Positions 61,804 to 64,000 of a stretch of DNA of 64,000 bases are shown in pieces; within the stretch, counting starts at the first letter, position 1, and each line of letters begins with the position of its first letter. The stretch comes from a bacterium (lineage in GTDB: Bacteria > Bdellovibrionota_C > UBA2361 > CALJRW01), in the NCBI GenBank assembly GCA_031385045.1, contig JANNBC010000054.1:1-64000 (forward strand). The letters are read 5' to 3'. The position numbers and the translations under genes are program-made. Below the pieces are notes generated by a model that was not told the DNA's origin, did no database searches, and saw nothing but the letters and a program-made list of their open reading frames with translations.

Positions 61804-62466
61804 ATGACCATGAATAAATTTGCTTGTATCTTTGATCTTGATGGTGTCATTGTTGATACTGCTAAATACCATTACCTTGCTTGGAAAAGACTTGCCGAGG
61901 AACTAAAGATTGAAGGATTTGATGAAGCTAAAAATGAAGAATTAAAAGGCGTTAGTCGTGATAAGTCTTTAGATATTATCCTTGAGCTTGGCAACGTAAC
62001 TCTCTCCGCTGAAAAACGTAACCAAATGCTAGAAAGAAAAAATAATTGGTATATTGAATTTATTAGCACAATGGATGCTAGCGAAACCCTACCAGGAGCT
62101 AAAGAATTTCTAGAATTATTAAAAGCTAATCAGATTAAATTTGGCTTAGCTTCTGCTAGTAAGAATGCGGAACTAGTCCTAAATAAAATTGGCTTATTAT
62201 CGCTGTTTGATACAATTGTTGACGGCACAAAAGTTGCTAAGCCAAAACCAGATCCAGAAGTCTTTACAAAGTGTGCTGACAACCTTGGTATGTCCTATGA
62301 AAAATGCATTGTCTTTGAAGATGCTGTTGCCGGAGTTACTGCGGCTAATCAAGTAAAAATGAAAACTATTGGAATTGGTAATCCAATAGTCTTACATCAG
62401 GCAAACTTGGTAATTGATTCCCTAGCTCATTGCGATTTGAAAATATTAGCCCAATTACTCGGCTAA
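61804..62466 (+). CDS. pgmB: Beta-phosphoglucomutase
   Basis: FDLDGVIVDTAKYHYLAW, LKGVSR, SASKNA, KPDPEVF, FEDA. Confidence 0.93.
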   Translation: MTMNKFACIFDLDGVIVDTAKYHYLAWKRLAEELKIEGFDEAKNEELKGVSRDKSLDIILELGNVTLSAEKRNQMLERKNNWYIEFISTMDASETLPGAKEFLELLKANQIKFGLASASKNAELVLNKIGLLSLFDTIVDGTKVAKPKPDPEVFTKCADNLGMSYEKCIVFEDAVAGVTAANQVKMKTIGIGNPIVLHQANLVIDSLAHCDLKILAQLLG

Positions 62467-62491
62467 TTAATCTTAACTTAGAAAGGTATTT

Positions 62492-63853
62492 TCAACTAAG
62501 CTCTTCAACACCACGAGCTACTCCAATCATTGGAATAGAAATTTTCCCTGTTTTGACTTCCAGTGGTTTCATTAAATTTAAGGTAATTTTTTGCTCAAGA
62601 TTCTTTGATAAGGTAGCTAACTGAGCTTGCAGAGTAGTCCAAAAAATTGGCACCTCTCTTGAGAGCCTAGAATCAAGAGCAATGTTTAATACGTCTTTTG
62701 AGCCAACTAAATTAGCAACAGAACCATAGGCGACGGCCGAACAGAGCTCAGCACCCCTAACTAATAATTCACTAGAAAGCTCGCTGAGGAGTTGAAGAAC
62801 AATGTCATTATAAACTTGGCGATTACTACGTCGATTTAGAAAGAATTCTGGATCGGAAATAATTAATGATAAGTCGCGACTACGAAATTCAACCCATTTT
62901 TCACTACCCATATTCTTTAGTGACTCCGCTAGTGGTTGTAACTCAGTAATCTCCTCAGCCAAAACCAGAATGTAGCTACAAAAGATTCTTGGTAAAAAAT
63001 TACCCACAGAGATATGTTCAATTGTTAGAGCTGGTTGAAAATCGTCAATAAAATCAGCGGCAGTTTTGATCTGGCAATCATCTAAGTAAAATCTCCCCCC
63101 AATTTCTGAATTGCAAATCATATAATTACTACGATCGCTAATCCCTAAATCTTTTTCTGACTTAAGAATAGTTGCGTTAAGACCAGTAGAAGCGACCATT
63201 CCCGCATCAGCCTGAGGCAGTGATTTCATCGTGAGCGGAGTATCATTAGCAATTAGAAAAGTCTTAACTGGAATATTTCTTTTTCGCAAAGAGTCCACAA
63301 CTTCAACACCTAAATCTCTCCCATTCACCAAATCTTTTGTAAACCACTCTCCCTTAGTATATTCATCAACCTGAGTAACTAGTCCGCTAATTCCAGTACC
63401 GGGCCAAGGTTTATTATCCATGGCGTTGGACCAAACTAGGCCACAGCCTGTGACAGAATCTCTTGGTATCCCGGCAGTAACCAAGCTTCTCTCCACCTGA
63501 TTTCCTAACATTTTGCAAAATGCCGTGAAAGGATTATCACCAAGGGCAACATCTAACATTTCCAAGTTCTTATTTTCAAATAACATGCGCCATTCCACAG
63601 AACTACCATGATTAATCTTGACCGCTGCTTTGGTCGAAGTTCCCCCAATATCAATTGTTAAAATACTACTCGAATTGAGTTTTTGATTAGCAATAGTTAG
63701 ATAACTAGGAAGGGCTTCAAAGGCTGGCTTGAGATTTTTTCCAGCATTAGCGTTGGCTAACTTGGCATAATCATACAAGGAGTCTAAACTTAACCTTGCC
63801 GCATAAAAATTTAAGTTTTTTAAAGAAGATTGGATTTGGTTAGGGTTGCTCAT
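62492..63853 (-). CDS. Hexokinase-family sugar kinase (eukaryote-type fold)
   Basis: LTIDIGGTSTK, GLVWS, TKG, ANDT, STGLNA, NSEIG, EHISVGNFL follow the hexokinase motif order. Confidence 0.75.
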   Translation of the reverse strand: MSNPNQIQSSLKNLNFYAARLSLDSLYDYAKLANANAGKNLKPAFEALPSYLTIANQKLNSSSILTIDIGGTSTKAAVKINHGSSVEWRMLFENKNLEMLDVALGDNPFTAFCKMLGNQVERSLVTAGIPRDSVTGCGLVWSNAMDNKPWPGTGISGLVTQVDEYTKGEWFTKDLVNGRDLGVEVVDSLRKRNIPVKTFLIANDTPLTMKSLPQADAGMVASTGLNATILKSEKDLGISDRSNYMICNSEIGGRFYLDDCQIKTAADFIDDFQPALTIEHISVGNFLPRIFCSYILVLAEEITELQPLAESLKNMGSEKWVEFRSRDLSLIISDPEFFLNRRSNRQVYNDIVLQLLSELSSELLVRGAELCSAVAYGSVANLVGSKDVLNIALDSRLSREVPIFWTTLQAQLATLSKNLEQKITLNLMKPLEVKTGKISIPMIGVARGVEELS

Positions 63854-64000
63854 AAATCTTAAACACAGGTAAATTAAACTTTAAGCTTGCTAACTAATAA
63901 TAGTGAAAATAATTAAAGTTGTTAAGAGCAAAATATGAAATCGCCTTAAAGGCAAAGAGTCACTCTCTATTTCCGTACTCAAGCATTTTGACTGGAACAA

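Noticed and set aside
2062..62624. Numerous 60-106 aa ORFs overlapping long genes (for example 2062-2382, 2675-2941, 16030-16293, 24110-24337, 58873-59121)
   Set aside because: Shadow or alternate-frame ORFs inside well-supported genes, with no motifs.

Overview
AT-rich bacterial chromosomal window. Gene content (LpoA-like lipoprotein, type IV pilin, rpoN, FmdB-type protein, mre operon) suggests a Gram-negative, deltaproteobacteria/Bdellovibrionota-like organism; this is an inference. It opens inside an IS3-family transposase (about 1-140). Roughly 1.5-36 kb is mostly housekeeping: lon, grpE-dnaK-dnaJ, recO, maf-argE-yggS-yggT, guaB, mreBCD-mrdA-(M48)-rodA-rlmD, rpoN-hpf and an acyl-CoA ligase. 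Three GT-C-type membrane glycosyltransferases, a pilin, a dual-specificity phosphatase and an orphan ABC-type ATPase are interspersed. Two things stand out. (1) Two about 90% identical, about 200-bp highly structured non-coding elements (39640-39840 and 41211-41413) sit in inverted orientation around an orphan ORF plus ridA. They have 12-bp terminal inverted repeats that are repeated again inside the element. (2) A 20-kb carbohydrate cluster (43.7-63.9 kb) holds two tandem, divergent and enlarged GpgS-like synthases, a HAD phosphatase, a glucosylglycerate-phosphorylase-like GH13 and glycerate kinase. Divergently transcribed from these is a GT4-GH65 (kojibiose-phosphorylase-like)-beta-PGM operon. 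The cluster also has a eukaryote-type hexokinase, GH31, a zwf/gluconokinase operon and a perfect 23-bp palindrome. It is a candidate synthesis and recycling pathway for glucosylglycerate and an extended alpha-1,2-glycosylated derivative. No tRNA, rRNA or CRISPR array was seen. All calls are from motif reading by eye, not database searches.
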